Of a DNA stretch of 64,000 bases, positions 43,857 through 57,765 are shown one piece after another; the stretch's first letter is position 1; each line of letters begins with the position of its first letter. The notes under the pieces were generated by a model. It saw only the letters and a list, made by a program, of their open reading frames with translations. It was not told the DNA's origin and made no database searches. Source of the stretch: Octopus vulgaris (Eukaryota). Both the position numbers and the translations under genes were made by a program. Location of the stretch: the NCBI GenBank assembly GCA_951406725.2, contig OX597828.1:77996001-78060000 (forward strand), given 5' to 3'.

Positions 43857-45219
43857 GTATAAGGCCCGACTAGTTGGAGTATTGTATCATTCATGGGTAT
43901 CAACTTGGTCATGGTTTCTATGGCTGGATGCCCCTTCCTAATGCTAACCTTAACTTTACAGGGATAACTGGGTAGTATTTTGTTTTGTAGCATCAACACT
44001 AGTGAGAAATGTCTTGTAACTTGCCAGGCTATAACCCGAAAGGGGGTCTCCATAACTGAGGGAAAACAGAGGCATGAGTGTGCAATGATTCTTGATGGAA
44101 GCTTGAAGAATAGTAAGAGGAGCGGTGGTGGTGGGGAGAGTATGACAGAGAATAGGGGAGAGGAAAGAAAAGGGGGAGAGTTGAAAGGAGATAAGATGGT
44201 GTTTTTCAAATTAATTTGGGAAATAATCAAGAATTTATAGAAATTTAGAAAAATATTATGGGTGGGGATGTGTGGGTAAGAAGCTTGCTTCTTAATCATG
44301 TGGTCTTGAGTTCAGTCCCTCTGTGTGGTACCTTGGGCTCCTGTCTGACTAAAGCCTTGTTAGAAAGTGAAAGAAACCCGTGTGTGTGTATTTGCATTGT
44401 GTTTGTCCTCAACCATTGCTTGACAATCAGTGATGGTTTGTTTACATCCTTGTAACTTAATGGTTTGGCAATAGAGAGTGATATAAGTATTAGGATTAAA
44501 ATATAAGTGCTGAGATTGATTTATTTGACTAAATAAACACTTCTAGGTGGTGCTCCAGCATGGCTACAGTTCAGTGACTAAAACAAAATATAGAGGATAA
44601 TAACTTTGTTTTTATGAAACTGTTGTTTGAAGTGTAACTATGGTCAAAATTCAATCCAGCTATGGCCATCCCAACTATTTTTCAACTTCTGTAGACTATC
44701 TGATTTCTCCTTTTAAAGTCAGCAAGGTCTGATTTGAGGGATATTTGATTGCTATTTCAAGCAGATTTAGTGACCACATAGAGGCGTCTTCTTTGGTTCC
44801 TTCAACGTCAACTGGCTTGCAAGACACAAGATTAAAAAAGCAAGGCAGGAGAGAAAGAGAGTTGATTGAATTAACCCCAGATCATTCATTTTTATTGGCC
44901 TTGAAGAGATGAAAGTTAGGGTTGACCTCAACATGATTTGAACTCAGAACCTAAAAGGATGTAACCCAATACCACAAAGCAGTTAGTTAAGTCTGCCTTC
45001 CTTTGAGATTCTGCTGTTGTCTTATGCACTCTTACACACACACACTCACACACACACATGCACACTCACATATGCACACACTCATACACACACTCACACT
45101 CACTCACTCACACTCATACACACACTCACACACTCTCACTCACTCACTCACACACATACACACACACACTGTGATAATCATCTTCAACATTATTGCTGAT
45201 TAGAGAGATAGTGATTAAG

Positions 45220-45703
45220 CATGACAGTGCCGCCTGATTGGCACTTGTGCCAGTGGAATGTTAAAAGCACCATCCAAGTGTGATCGTTGCCAGGGCCACT
45301 GACTGGCTCCTGTTCCAATGGCATGTAAAAAGTACTATTCAAGCATGATCATTGCCAGTGTCGCCTTATTGGCACATGTGCCACCAGCACATGACAAAAT
45401 GGCATTTGAGTGTGGTTGTTGCCAGTGCCACTGGACTGGCTCCCATGCAGGTGGCACGTAAAAAACGCCTTTTGGGGCATGGTCGTTGTCAGAACCGCCT
45501 GACTGGCCCTCATGCCAGTGACACGTAAAAGCACCCACTACACTCTCAGTGTTTGGCGTTAGGAAGGGCATCCAGCTGTAGAAACATTGCCAGATCAGAC
45601 TGGAGCCTGGTGCAGCCTTCTGGTTCGCCAGTCTTCAGTCAAACTGTCCAACCCATGCCGGCATGGAAAGCAGACGTTAAACGATGATGATGATGATGAT
45701 GAT
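45220..45703 (+). mobile_element. SINE-like family C with ~5 tandem ~60-bp 5' subunits
   Basis: Repeated GGCACGTAAAAAGCACC-like units, then the core and GATn tail. Other copies at 11730-11950, 13975-14160, 20404-20595, 26978-27310, 30787-30975, 31017-31245 and 63840-64000. Confidence 0.85.
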
Positions 45704-46470
45704 GGTGGTGGGAGAGAGAGAGAGAGAGATGTAGTAACCTTTATGCTTTTCCTAAAGGCTATAATATTAGTGAATGTGGTGATTTACAGTTTGTAGTTTT
45801 GGGTTTTGAATTTAAATTCTGTATTGTGTGTGTGTACGTGGGTTGTGTTTGTGCAAGTGTAGGTTGTGTGATTGTTTTTTTTAGTGTGTGTGTGTAGGTT
45901 GTCTGTGATTGTAGGTTGTGTGGTTGATGTGTAGTGTATGTGTGGTTGTTTTGAGTGTGTGTGTGTGTTGGTGTGTATGTACATATATATGTATGTGTGT
46001 GTGTGTATGTAGGTTGTGTAATTGATGTGTGGTGTATGTAGTTGTTTTCAATGTGTGTGTGTGTTGGTGTGTAAGTACATTGTGTGTATGTATGTACATA
46101 TGTATGTGTGTGCATGTAGGTTGTGTGGTTGTTGTTTTGTGTGTGTATATACTTGTGGTGTGTGTGTGTAATTATGTATTCCACTTTTTACCAGTACAGA
46201 ACCCGTTGTAGAAGTGTTTCGGTGTCAAAAACCATGACCCACAATTTTTCGTATGTAGAAAGGTCGGCAGTTGTGGCATTCATGCCTCTCCCGGCGATAA
46301 GACAGACGAGGCACGAACATTCAAAGTTAGATAGCAGCGGAATTGGTTCTTCTTTCACCAGGAACTTACCACTACCGAATTGCCTTTGTGCGCGCGCGCA
46401 CGCACGCACACACACACACACACTCATGTAGGTGTGTGAGTGCGTGTGTGTGTGTGTGTTTTTGTTTGTT

Positions 46471-46509
<39 letters not shown>

Positions 46510-46628
46510 GCACTGAGGTGAGAGTTATAATAACTTTATTGTTTGATCTTGTGCAACATCAAACAGACTCGGAGTTGTTTGATAAAATGTTTTAGGCTGG
46601 GTCAGTATCAAAAACGGAACATCTGTAG

Positions 46629-46699
<71 letters not shown>

Positions 46700-47619
46700 A
46701 CAAGAAGGCCACAGTTAATTGTAACTGATAATCTTCCTGTCTATTTTAAGGGTAACAACAACATTCAACTTTGCCAAATTAGATTTGGATGTTCTATGCT
46801 ACAGTCTCGGTCCCTACATCATTGCACTCGACCCTGGCTCCAACAGCCACCCTCACACCTCCCGCTACCAGCATTATCTTTTTTTTTCCTTTTTTTCTTT
46901 TTGTTTACATTTTCGTAATTTTTATAGTTTTCTGAATTTATTTTTAGATCCACTTTAAGCATGAATTTCACTGAAAATTTTACTATTTGTCTTTGTTCTC
47001 CCCCCCACCACACAGTCTTCTTCCCACTTTCAGCCCCACCCAACACCTCATCGTCTTCCTGGCACTCTTTCCATCAAAGAAAAAAAATGAATCTGATTTC
47101 AAAAATATCTGAATCATCATCATTGTTTGTCATCATCATCTTCATACTATTTCTGTTGTTGTTTAGTTCCAGGTCAAACCAGCTCATGCAAACCTATGAT
47201 CAAAGACATTCCAACCATGACCTTCATTTTTATTTATCGAAATATCTAAGATCCCATTATTCCCTCTAATGTTAGATACCATTTATCTGAATAGTTCTGT
47301 TGAAATACATTGCCGTTTTTTTTTTTTTCAATTCATTTTGAAAATAATAAAAAGACTTCACCGAAAAACTTTGTCATGAAATCAATGGTGTGGAGAGGAG
47401 GGGAGGCCGGTATGCATGGGTGACTGCTGTCCGGACTTGTGCCTCAGAGAGAAACTTTCTAGGTGCGATCCCATGATCATTCATGATTGAAGGGGCTCTT
47501 TACCTTGACACAATCTCTAAATTGTGGTCTTGCTATCTGCTTGAGTTACTTTCCACTAACTAAAGGATAAAGTCCTCATTCAAAACAAGTGAAATGGCAG
47601 AGTTTGACTGAAAAAAAGC

Positions 47620-47913
47620 AATGTCTATCATCGCCACCAGTGGAGGAAACAAGCGAAGGAAGGAGTAGGTGTTGTTTTTATAGAACATGCTTTTTTCATG
47701 CAGCACTTTAAGCAAGCTGCTGGAACATAAACTGCTAGTGTAGTGAATGAGGAGGGGGAGCTTGACTGCAGTTTCTGCAGACGTGTGTGTTTCTCAAGGG
47801 CTGGGCTCATTAGGCACCAGCGGAGCTACAAGTGTAAAGTATAAATCTGTCTGAGTGCACAATGTTCTTAATATGTTGAGTGGTTGTCTTCTTCGGTCAT
47901 GAATGGACAGCCA

Positions 47914-47915
<2 letters not shown>
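47620..47915 (+). pseudogene. RTE/BovB-like LINE 3' end
   Basis: Translates to WRKQAKEG...CSFCRRVCFSRAGLIRHQRS (RTE C-terminal zinc finger-like), then a short UTR and (GT)n tail. Confidence 0.7.
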
Positions 47916-47946
<31 letters not shown>

Positions 47947-49859
47947 CATGTATGTGTATGTGTTTAGATAAAGATGGTTATGGCAGGTTCATTGGGTTAC
48001 CTAGAGTTTTGTGTCCACAAAGCGCTTGGCTTTACATGTGTCTCATCAGACCCTAATGGCCAGTGGGCTTCACTTTCGAATTTATGACAAACACACACAC
48101 ACTTCTATCCTTAATAGATTGTTCTCGCTGAACTGACATACACTCACATATACATACACACATATGCATATGATTACTCTGTATCTTTGCACACACACAC
48201 ACACGTGTACACATAAGTACAGACTTATGCTCACACACACACACATGCACGCATATACATACACAGCATTGCCTTTGTACAGAATAAATAGGAAACACTC
48301 TTTCTCTCTCTTACATTCATGTCATATACGAGTGCATTCTCACACCCTCACGCATACATGAAAGTGTTCACACACATACACAATCTTGCTTTTGAATATA
48401 AGACCACACACTCTCTCGCTCTCTTACATTCATTTCATATGACTTGTACGAGTGCATAAACACACACACACATGTTCACACGCATATGCATTCATGTGAC
48501 CAAATCTCATATTTTTATTTCTCATACTATTGCAAAACCCCCGGGCTGCAAATATGTGTGTGTGTGTGTGTGTGTGCATGGAGTGAAATTAAGTAATACC
48601 AGCACCGTTCTTAATGAGATGTTCTGTCAGTGATGTTGAATTAAGGAATGGTAACAGGATCATCTCAGAACATCTTACCTTCCCCACATTCTATAGAAAT
48701 CACTCTTACCTCTACCTGGATTGCGTGAATCACCCAACTGTCAAATATGAAAGCAGATGTGTGTATGTGTGTGCATAAATTGCAACTTGTGCAGTGTGAA
48801 ATAGCAAAGATTTGAATGTTTAGCCTAGCAGCTCTGTAGCATTTTGTTATGAATTCCAAGCAAAATTTCAACATGAGGAAGAGCCATGAAAATTCCATGA
48901 ATGAGAAGATATAGATTGAAATAAAAGAAAAGCAATATCGACCATTTAAGGAACACACACCATCACTGCCATCACCATTGTCACCAGAGTTGCCACCACC
49001 ACCACCACCACCATTACTACAATTTCATCTGGTGGAATTATTGTGCTGTAAACCAGACCAATTTCTTCCCCACAAAATATTTCATTTGTGTATTTTACTG
49101 AGTCACTAAGTCATTGAGTCATTGCTACAAATGGGTGGGTGGGAGGTGTCTTGAAAGTTCCAGAAACTAATGCTATGTATAACAGATATGTTGTTTGTAT
49201 ATGTGTGTAGTTTGGTTAATGTATTTGTGAGAGTGTATTTATATATGTGTATCAATGTGTAGTGTGTGTGTGTGTGTGTGTATGGTTGTGCACTTACTGG
49301 TGCTTGAATATGTGTGTGCATGTATATATTTCAACATGCAGTTTTATGTGTGTGCATGTGTACATATTTATGTCTTCAGACATAAAGAGACATGCTTTGA
49401 ATGTATTTGTGTATGTATATCATATCTTCTGGCATCGTAGTCGAATTTTTCTGACCAAAATTTACAGTAAAAAATGGAAGGTCAAGTGGACTTTGGAGGA
49501 CCAAAAATTCCATGTGAAATGCAATAGAATTTGGAAAGACAGTGACAATATTTAAATGTTTACACTAAATACTATGTTCACTTCTATGCTGGAAAATATG
49601 GTACCTGTACCTTGTGTCTATCTGATGTGTATATGTCTTCTCAGTGTGTTTGTGTTTGATTGAGATTCTCCTTAATGGTGAAGAGGGACTTTATTTAAGG
49701 CATTTTCGTAGCTGTATCTGTCGGTCATTTTAAAATCTGATTTCTTTCTCACCTTCAACTTGTCATTGCTTTCTAGAACCAACAGAGCACATATAAAAAG
49801 GCAAAGTCGACCTTAGCGAGATTTGAACTCTGAGCTGGAAGGGGTATACTGCTAAGCAA

Positions 49860-51660
49860 TATATCCCTTTTTTGTTCAGTCAAGTCCATACTTGTTGCAA
49901 AGTGTCCAATGGACAAGCCTGTCTATATTGTCGTGGCGTCTCTTATATTCCTTCTGGGCTAATGGCGTAGATTGGCTGGTAATCTGCCATACGGTTTCAC
50001 CGTTTTGTCCACAGATTCTGCACTTATCACTTTCTGCTGTGTTGTCTATTCTGTATTTTATGTAGTTTGTTCTTAGCGCTTGCTCTTGGGCAGCACAGAT
50101 TAGAGCCTCCGTTTCCGGTTTTAAATCACTTTTAGTCATCCACAGGCATCTTTTTTCTCTGTCTGTCTTATTTTTAACACCTCTATGAAATTGACCATGC
50201 ATTCTTTTCTTTACCCACCTATTTTCAGTTTCATTCGTTTTCAATTTCTTGTATAGTGCTTTATCTTTGCAATCTTTCATCGTACACAAACCTGACCCAA
50301 TAATAGTGGTTCTGTGGCATCTTTTTACAAACCATGTTATGTTGTTTTCTTCTGCTCTAATGCTGTGTTCGCATCCAATAAGTCCTCTTCCTCCTCTTTT
50401 TCTTGGTACATACAGTCCGTCTGTGTCACTTTTTGGGTGGAGTGTCCCATATCTAGTTAGTAACTTCCTTGTCTTTCTGTCTAAGCTGTTTAGTTCGTCT
50501 ACTGTCCGTGTGATTACCCCTGCTCCATATCTAAGGAGTGAAACCGCCCAGGTATTGATAGCTTCTATTTTATTCCTTCCATTTAATTTCGACTTTAGGA
50601 TCAGTCTCAGTCTGAGCAAGTACGCAATCTTAATTTTTTCTGTCATTTCTTTCTCCATCAATTTATCCATTTCCAAAATCCCCAAGTACTTATAGCCTGT
50701 CTCTTCTATCTGCTTCATAACCGACGGTATCGTTAGTCCGTCCATACATTTGATTTTGCCTCTCTTCAAGACTAACACACCACACTTTCTCAGTCCGAAC
50801 TCCATTCTGATATCTGCACTGAAGGTATACACCGTTTCAGCGAGGGAACTGACTCGGGCTTCATTTTTACCATGAAGTTTGAGGTCATCCATGAGTAACA
50901 AGTGGTTGACTTTTTGCTGGCGGCTTTTGAATACATCACCAGCTTTTGCTTTCCTCAGAATCAGTGCACAGTACAAAGATCAGTGGGGACAGGTAGTCCC
51001 CTTGGAAGATGCCCCTCCTAATTTCTACTATCTCTAAACTTCTTCCATATGCTGTCAGGTCCGTCCTTCCAATTCGCTGATGCAGTACCAAATAGGTTCA
51101 TACATTCCATAATCCAAATATTGGATCACATCGTACGCGTTACAATAGTCGATCCATGACATGGCTAAGTTACTTTTCCTCCTCTTGCAGTCTCTAAGTA
51201 CAGTTTTGTCTATCAGTAGTTGATTGCTGGTACCTCTGCACTTAAGCTTGCAACCCTTCTGCTCATGTGGCAGGACTCCATTTTTTTCCAGATGTTCGTA
51301 CATTGACTCTGCGAGTATGCCAATCAATAATGTATTGAGTCAAGTATAACTCAAGTATAAATAGTTATACTTGACTCAATAATGTGAGTCAAGTATTGCA
51401 TTATTGACTGCAAGTATTCCCGTCAATAACTGAAATAACACAGAAGTTATTCCAGTCAATAACTTGTGACAAACAAAATATCGTGTTTGCCATAAAAGTG
51501 GCAAACAGGATATCAACCTGTAATTGTGAACCATATTACCTTTTTCAATGTTTTTCAGGCACAGCACTGTCCTACCCAAGGTCAACCACTCTGGTGTTAC
51601 TTGGTCGGATTTAACAAGGTGTTGAGTTGTGCAGCTATTCATGCATGACATTTACCAAAC
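49860..51660 (-). pseudogene. R4/Dong-clade non-LTR retrotransposon fragment (RT + zinc knuckle region)
   Basis: [67 protein letters not shown]. Frameshifted and truncated at both ends. Confidence 0.9.
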
Positions 51661-51714
51661 ATTATTATTATTATTATTATTATTGTTATTCTTCTTCTTA
51701 TTATTATTATTATT

Positions 51715-51997
51715 GTGGCTGATGCCAGCACCGCCCCGACTGGCTTCTGTGCAGGTAGCACATAAAAAGCACCAACTGACCGTGGCCGATGCCAGACCCC
51801 TCTGGCACCTGTGCAGGTGGCACGTAAAAAGCACCCACTACACTCGCGGAGTGGTTGGCGTTAGGAAGGGCATCCAGCTGTAGAAACACTGCCAGACCAG
51901 ACTGGAGCCTGGGGCAGCCCCTGGCTCCCCAGACCCCGGTCGAAACCGTCCAACCCGTGCTAGCGCGGAAAACGGACGTTAAACGATGATGATGATG
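51715..51997 (+). mobile_element. SINE-like family C, young copy
   Basis: Near-identical reverse complement of 1204-1443, CpGs retained. Confidence 0.88.
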
Positions 51998-52444
51998 GTG
52001 TGCTGGCTGAATCGTTTGCACATCAGGCAAAATGCTTAGTGGTATTCACGATCTGGGTTCACATTCCAGTGAGGTTGACTTTGCCTTTCATTCTTTCAGA
52101 GTCGATAAAAATAAGTACCAGCTGAGTACTGGGGTCGATGTGACTGACTGTTCTCCTCCCCACAAAATCCAGGTTGTGTGCCTATAGTAGAAAGGATTAT
52201 TATTATTATTTGTGGCAACTAAAGGACTTTGACAAACATAACTGATTGATTGATCAACCAAATAGTTAGCCAATCAATCAATCAATCAATCAATTAATTG
52301 GTTAAATAGTTGACTAGCTGACAAATAGAAATAGGGAAGTAAAATAGAACCAGTGTTTTGTAATGACTCTTCGAAGATGCTGCAAAATCTGTTTCAACTC
52401 ACATCAAGAGTTTTGTACATCAAATACAGAAACAAATTATTATT

Positions 52445-52490
<46 letters not shown>

Positions 52491-52739
52491 CACCACCACC
52501 ATCATTGTTGTCATTTAACGTCTGCTTTCCATGCTGGCATGTGTTGGACTGTATATACACACACATTAGCTTTACACCAATTTTAGTGTTTCATGTTTTG
52601 TAAACACATCTCGAGAAGTTAAACTGTATAATTTGGTTTAAGATCGATATTAAAATAAATATATCATTTATTGAATATTCCCTTGGTCCTCTTGATCATT
52701 ATATAATATGTAATAATGAAATGATTGTATACAGTGTTC

Positions 52740-53620
52740 AGGTGCATTACAACTAAAAAAAAGGTGGGTGCATAAGTGGTACTATTGGTAAATTTCAGGA
52801 AACCTGAAAGTTTTGAAGGATGTTGTGTGTCAACAGGTAACAACCACTGCAGATAGTTTATTCCATGCTTCAGCAGGTAACAACCACTGCAGGTAGTTTA
52901 TTCCATGCTTCAGCAGGTAACAACCACTGCAGATAGTTTATTCCATGCTTCAGCAGGTAACAACCACTGCAGATAGTTTATTCCATGCTTCAGCAATTCT
53001 GAGCATGAAAAAATGCTTCTGAAAATCATGGGTGTTGTGTTGTTTTCTTATTTTGTAAGCATGTCCCCGAGTGTTTGACATCTGCAATTCAAAAAGGTAC
53101 TCCACGGTTGTAGTTGGAAAGATGGTGAATAATCTTATGAGTGTCTGCCAGATGTTGGAACTTTGATATGCCTAAGGAAGCAAGACATTCCAAGTATGGT
53201 AGATGCCCGATGGCAGGTTTTTCTTTGGTTGCATGTTGCTGAACAGAATCCAGGTGACTGATATGCTGAGCAAAATAGGGGCTCCAGACTGGTGTGAATG
53301 TACTAGTCATATACAGCTTTAAATAGATAGCTGGAGAGTGGCTGACAAGGGTCTTTAGCTGGAGAGTGGCTGACAAGGGTCTTACTGAGTGATGCTTAAG
53401 ACACCCTCAGCATCCTAGACAATCTTAGAGATGTGGTTTGTCCAATGCAGATTGCTGTTTACAATAAATACCCAGGTCACATTCAGTGATAGATTTCTTA
53501 AGACTGGTGTCGTTGAGGGAGTATGGAAAAGCTGGGTCTTTCCTCCCAAAGTACATGGTGATGCATTTGTCCACAGCCAGATTGAATTGCCAGTCTGTAA
53601 TCAATTACTGCATTGCATGC
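52740..53620 (-). pseudogene. CR1-clade LINE 3' fragment, degraded
   Basis: PVWSPYFAQHISHLDSVQQHATK...LPYLECLASLG and EAWNKLPAVVV. Confidence 0.8.
52834..52993. repeat. 40-bp tandem repeat x4
   Basis: Unit CAGGTAACAACCACTGCAGATAGTTTATTCCATGCTTCAG; one substitution in copy 2. Confidence 0.97.
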
Positions 53621-53693
53621 AAGTCTGTAAATATACACATATAATATATTTGGATTTAAAAGGAAAGGGGTCTAATATATAATTATATATATC

Positions 53694-53754
<61 letters not shown>

Positions 53755-55564
53755 GCATATATGGGTACAGGACATTACCAACTGTCTAAAGAACATGAAA
53801 TATGCAAACAGCGAGAGAAAAGAAATAGAAAACAGGATAAGTAAACACAGAGGAAGGACCCTTCATCAGTTGTCGGCTGTCTGTCTGTCTACTCCTCATT
53901 TTGAGCATTCAATGACAATATGAGTCTTCAAAGACAGTTGCTCTCATAAATTCCCAAATAAAATTTAGGATTTTATGGAGGGTCATAGTTGGGAACAAAA
54001 ACAGGACATGTATGTATGTATCTATGTATGTTTATTTATTTATTTATTTGAAGCCAAGGCTTCAAAGTGTTGCTCTACTAATTTTACCTATTTGAAAGTG
54101 AGGCCAGTAAATATAATTCTATTTTTTGGCAGAAGTAAATACTCAAAAACATTCTATTTCTCTGACGTCATCTCCAGTGTGTGTGTGTGTGTGTGTGTGC
54201 ATGCGTGTCATTGTGTGTGCATGTCATTGTGTGTGTGTGTGTATGGGAAGTCAGTAAATGATTCATTCTTTCCTTTGTGTCATCAATAATACAATATAAT
54301 GTCAAGTTTTGACCATCCCATTTATTATTTTTTTTCATATTCAGAATATGTCCTCCTTTGGTAGGTGTGATTTTAGGGTCAATTTGACTACTGTTACTAG
54401 CAAGTCAAATGAGCATGTTTGTTTGTTTTTTTTTGTTTTTTTTTTTTTGTATGTGTTAACTTGGTCAGTTGTAAACTTGACAAATGGTTTATTAGCTTCC
54501 AATTTGTGTGAATGAATACAGCAGGGACAGAGTGGAGTTTTTGCACCCTATTGCTACCTTCTTTCTGTTGAATTACAATGCATTTGTTTCAATTAATTAT
54601 TGAAAAACAATAAAGAATTTACTAAAATATCTTTTTATCATTGTTTAGATGGTGTTTTGTTTAAAAAGTAGCATAGAATTTTGATGGAAGGCTTTTGATT
54701 AAATTCATGTCTATATGTTTTGCAAGGTTCTTCATATGAAATCCTGTGTTGCAACAGATATTGTTGTATTTGGAGATGGTTATTTTGCCAAAAAACATGC
54801 TACATCATCCTCATCATCATTGTATAATGTCCACCTTCCATGCTGGCATAGGAGCTGGCCAGGCAGGAGCTTGCACCTGACTTTTGTGTCTGATTTAGCA
54901 TGGTTTTTATAGCTGGATGCCCTTCTTAACACCAACCCCTCAGCAGAGTGGACCAAGTGCTTTTTATGTGGCACAAGCACAGGCAAGGTCAGTTTGTCGT
55001 GGTTTTTCCAGCTGGATTCCCTTCCAAATGTCAACCATTTTATACTGTGAACTGTTTATTTTATATTTACTTTAGCTTTATTATTTGTTATTTTTTATTT
55101 GTCAGAGTTCTTTCATTACACATTGTTGCTTCTTCAATGACTACCTGTTCTTCATTTTGGTGTCCCCTCTTTGGCCTCTCTATCTATTTCATCTTAACCC
55201 TGTCAAGTTTTAATTAATTTTTTTTTTTAAATGGAGAGTTTGTACCATAGAAGCAGAAGTGGTTTCAAGAAGGTTGTTACCAACAGGGTTAAAGTAACTG
55301 GCCTAGATACACAAAAACCCCAGCAGATATGTTTCCCTACCATCTTGTAAAAAATGGGGTCTGTTGGATGTGTTTGTTTTTGATATTTTATATCTGCCAT
55401 GTAGATAGGATGATCATGGTTTGAACATCTTTGATCATAGGTATGTGTGTTCAGAGACGACTCACTCGGGGTTAAACAACATTACATAAACATCATCAAT
55501 AGTGCTACAAGAAACCATTGATTTTAAAGATTAAATAACAGCAGAAACAGAAGACCTCCCTATA

Positions 55565-55600
<36 letters not shown>

Positions 55601-55804
55601 TCTGGCTGTTTTCCTGTATTAGAAATAACTCATTTTTACCATTTTTTTAATACTTCATCTTTGTGTTGTTACCCAAAATCCTGAGCTTTTGTGACCACCC
55701 TTCCTCTTACTTGCTGCAAACCCTAACTGTCATTTTTCATCCTGATACTCTCGCCAACATTTTGGCAGTTGTGGCCAATGAATGAAAATTATTATTATTA
55801 TTAT

Positions 55805-56800
55805 TAGAAAGCTAGCAGAATCGCGAGTGCTTTGTGGTATTTGTTCTGGATCTTTGCATTCTGAGTTCAAACCCCACTAGGGTTAAGTTTGCCTTTCATC
55901 CTTTTGGGGTTGATTAAAGTTCTGAAGTGTTGGCCATGTACCAAAAATTTGAAACAATTATTCCGATGTTATTTTTGCTGTTAGGGCATGGCAGGGTTGG
56001 TAGCACAGCAGACAAATTGCTTCGCAGTTATTCTTTCAGCTTTATGATCTGAGTTCAAATTCCTCGAAAGTCAACTTCACTTTCCACCCTTTTGGGATCG
56101 ATAAAAATATCCGTTGATCCCTTGGGTTGATGTAACTGACAAGCCTCCTCCCTCCAAATTTTAGGCTTTATGCCTATACTAGAAAGGATTATTGTTATTA
56201 TTCTTAATGATAATAATAAAAATATTAGTATTAATGATTTTTGATTTAGGTACAAGGCCAGCAGTTCTGGGGGACAGGGAGAATCAATATGTCAACCACT
56301 GCTTTATTATTATTATCATTATTTATTATTAAGGGCGGCGAGCTGGCAGAATCGTTAGCACACTGGCCTAAATGCCTTGCGGTATTTCTTCTGCCGTTAC
56401 GTTCTGAGTTCAAATTCTGCTGAGGTCAACTTTACCTTTCATCCTTTCGGGGTTGATTAAATAAGTACCAGTTACACACTGGGGTCGATGTAATCAACTT
56501 AATCCCTTTGTTTGTCCTTGTTTATCCCCTCTATGTTTAGCCCCCCCTCTCCCCGCCTGTGGGCAATAAAGAAATAACTTTTTAAGGTGGGAAGCTGGCA
56601 GAATTGTTAGCACAGTGGCGAAAACACTTAGCGGCATTTCGTCTGTCTTTACGCTCTGAGTTCAAATTCTGCTAAGGTCGACTTAGCATTTCAACCTTTC
56701 AGGGGTCAATGAAATAAGTACCAGTTACGCACTGGGGTCAGTGTAATCGACTTGCCCCCTTGCCCAAAATTTCAGGCCTTGTGCCTATGGTAGAAAGAAT
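55805..56800 (+). mobile_element. Tandem cluster of SINE family B copies
   Basis: Four GAGTTCAAA B-box plus CTTTCATCC core units, separated by ATT runs; best copy starts GGCGGCGAGCTGGCAGAA at ~56334. Confidence 0.82.
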
Positions 56801-57678
56801 CATCATCATCATCAACAACAACAACCTCAGATGAGCGAAGGGCTAAGTACTAAGTCCTGAACGTTGGTTTTCCATCAATGTCACTCCTTCCACCAGACTC
56901 CAGCTTTGTGCCTACTTCAGAAATTATTATTTTTTATCATTGTTTCCATTGGAGTGTGTAGAACAAACAACACACTTGAGATAAGTTATTCTGTTTAAAA
57001 CACGCAGAATTCTGGTGACAGGCTGCTGCTGCTGCTGCTCCTCGGTTCTTTCTTCCACTTGTTGTTGTTTTTCTTTTCTTTTAAGCAAGGAACAGTATTA
57101 TTATAAGAGCTTTCTCACCACTAAACTCTATACATAGATGCATACTTGACTACATACAGCCATAATTATATACATACATGCATAACTGTATGGCTATATA
57201 ACTATACACACATATAGAGCTTTCTCACAACTAAGAGATTTATAAATTACTTGATATATATATATATATAAATATACATACTTAGCTATATACATACATG
57301 GATAACACACACACACATAATTATACACACATTAAATATACACACACATAACTATATATACACACCTATACACACACACATACATAACTATATACACACA
57401 CCTATACACACACATAACTATACACACACACCTATACACACACATAACTATACACACACATAACTATACACACACACAGCTATACACACATAACTATATA
57501 TACATAAGTGTATACATACATAACTATATATATATATATAACTGTATATATATATATATATATATACACACACGCACACACATGCATACATGAGTATATA
57601 CATATATATCTTCATACATACACATACATTTATATAGATCCATGGACCCATATATATTTCCATGGTTTCAGTAGTTTA

Positions 57679-57765
57679 ATGGATTTGTCTAAATTTTACA
57701 AACTATGTCTGGATTCCTTTGGAGACAGTCGTGGTGCAATGCTGATGCAGTTTAATGCTGTTACG
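57679..57765 (+). CDS. Candidate short coding exon (MDLSKFYKLCLDSFGDSRGAMLMQFNAVT), product unknown
   Basis: Non-repetitive 29-codon stretch from ATG to a phase-0 ACG|GTATGT donor, with TTTCAG just upstream. No homology recognised. Confidence 0.25.

Noticed and set aside
52834-52993. CRISPR-like regular repeat
   Set aside because: No unique spacers, eukaryotic context, and it lies inside a CR1 fragment.
53855-53945. Hammerhead-like motif with CTGTC/GACAG stem on the minus strand
   Set aside because: The core is degenerate (TTGAAGA, CAAAA) and stem III is unconvincing.
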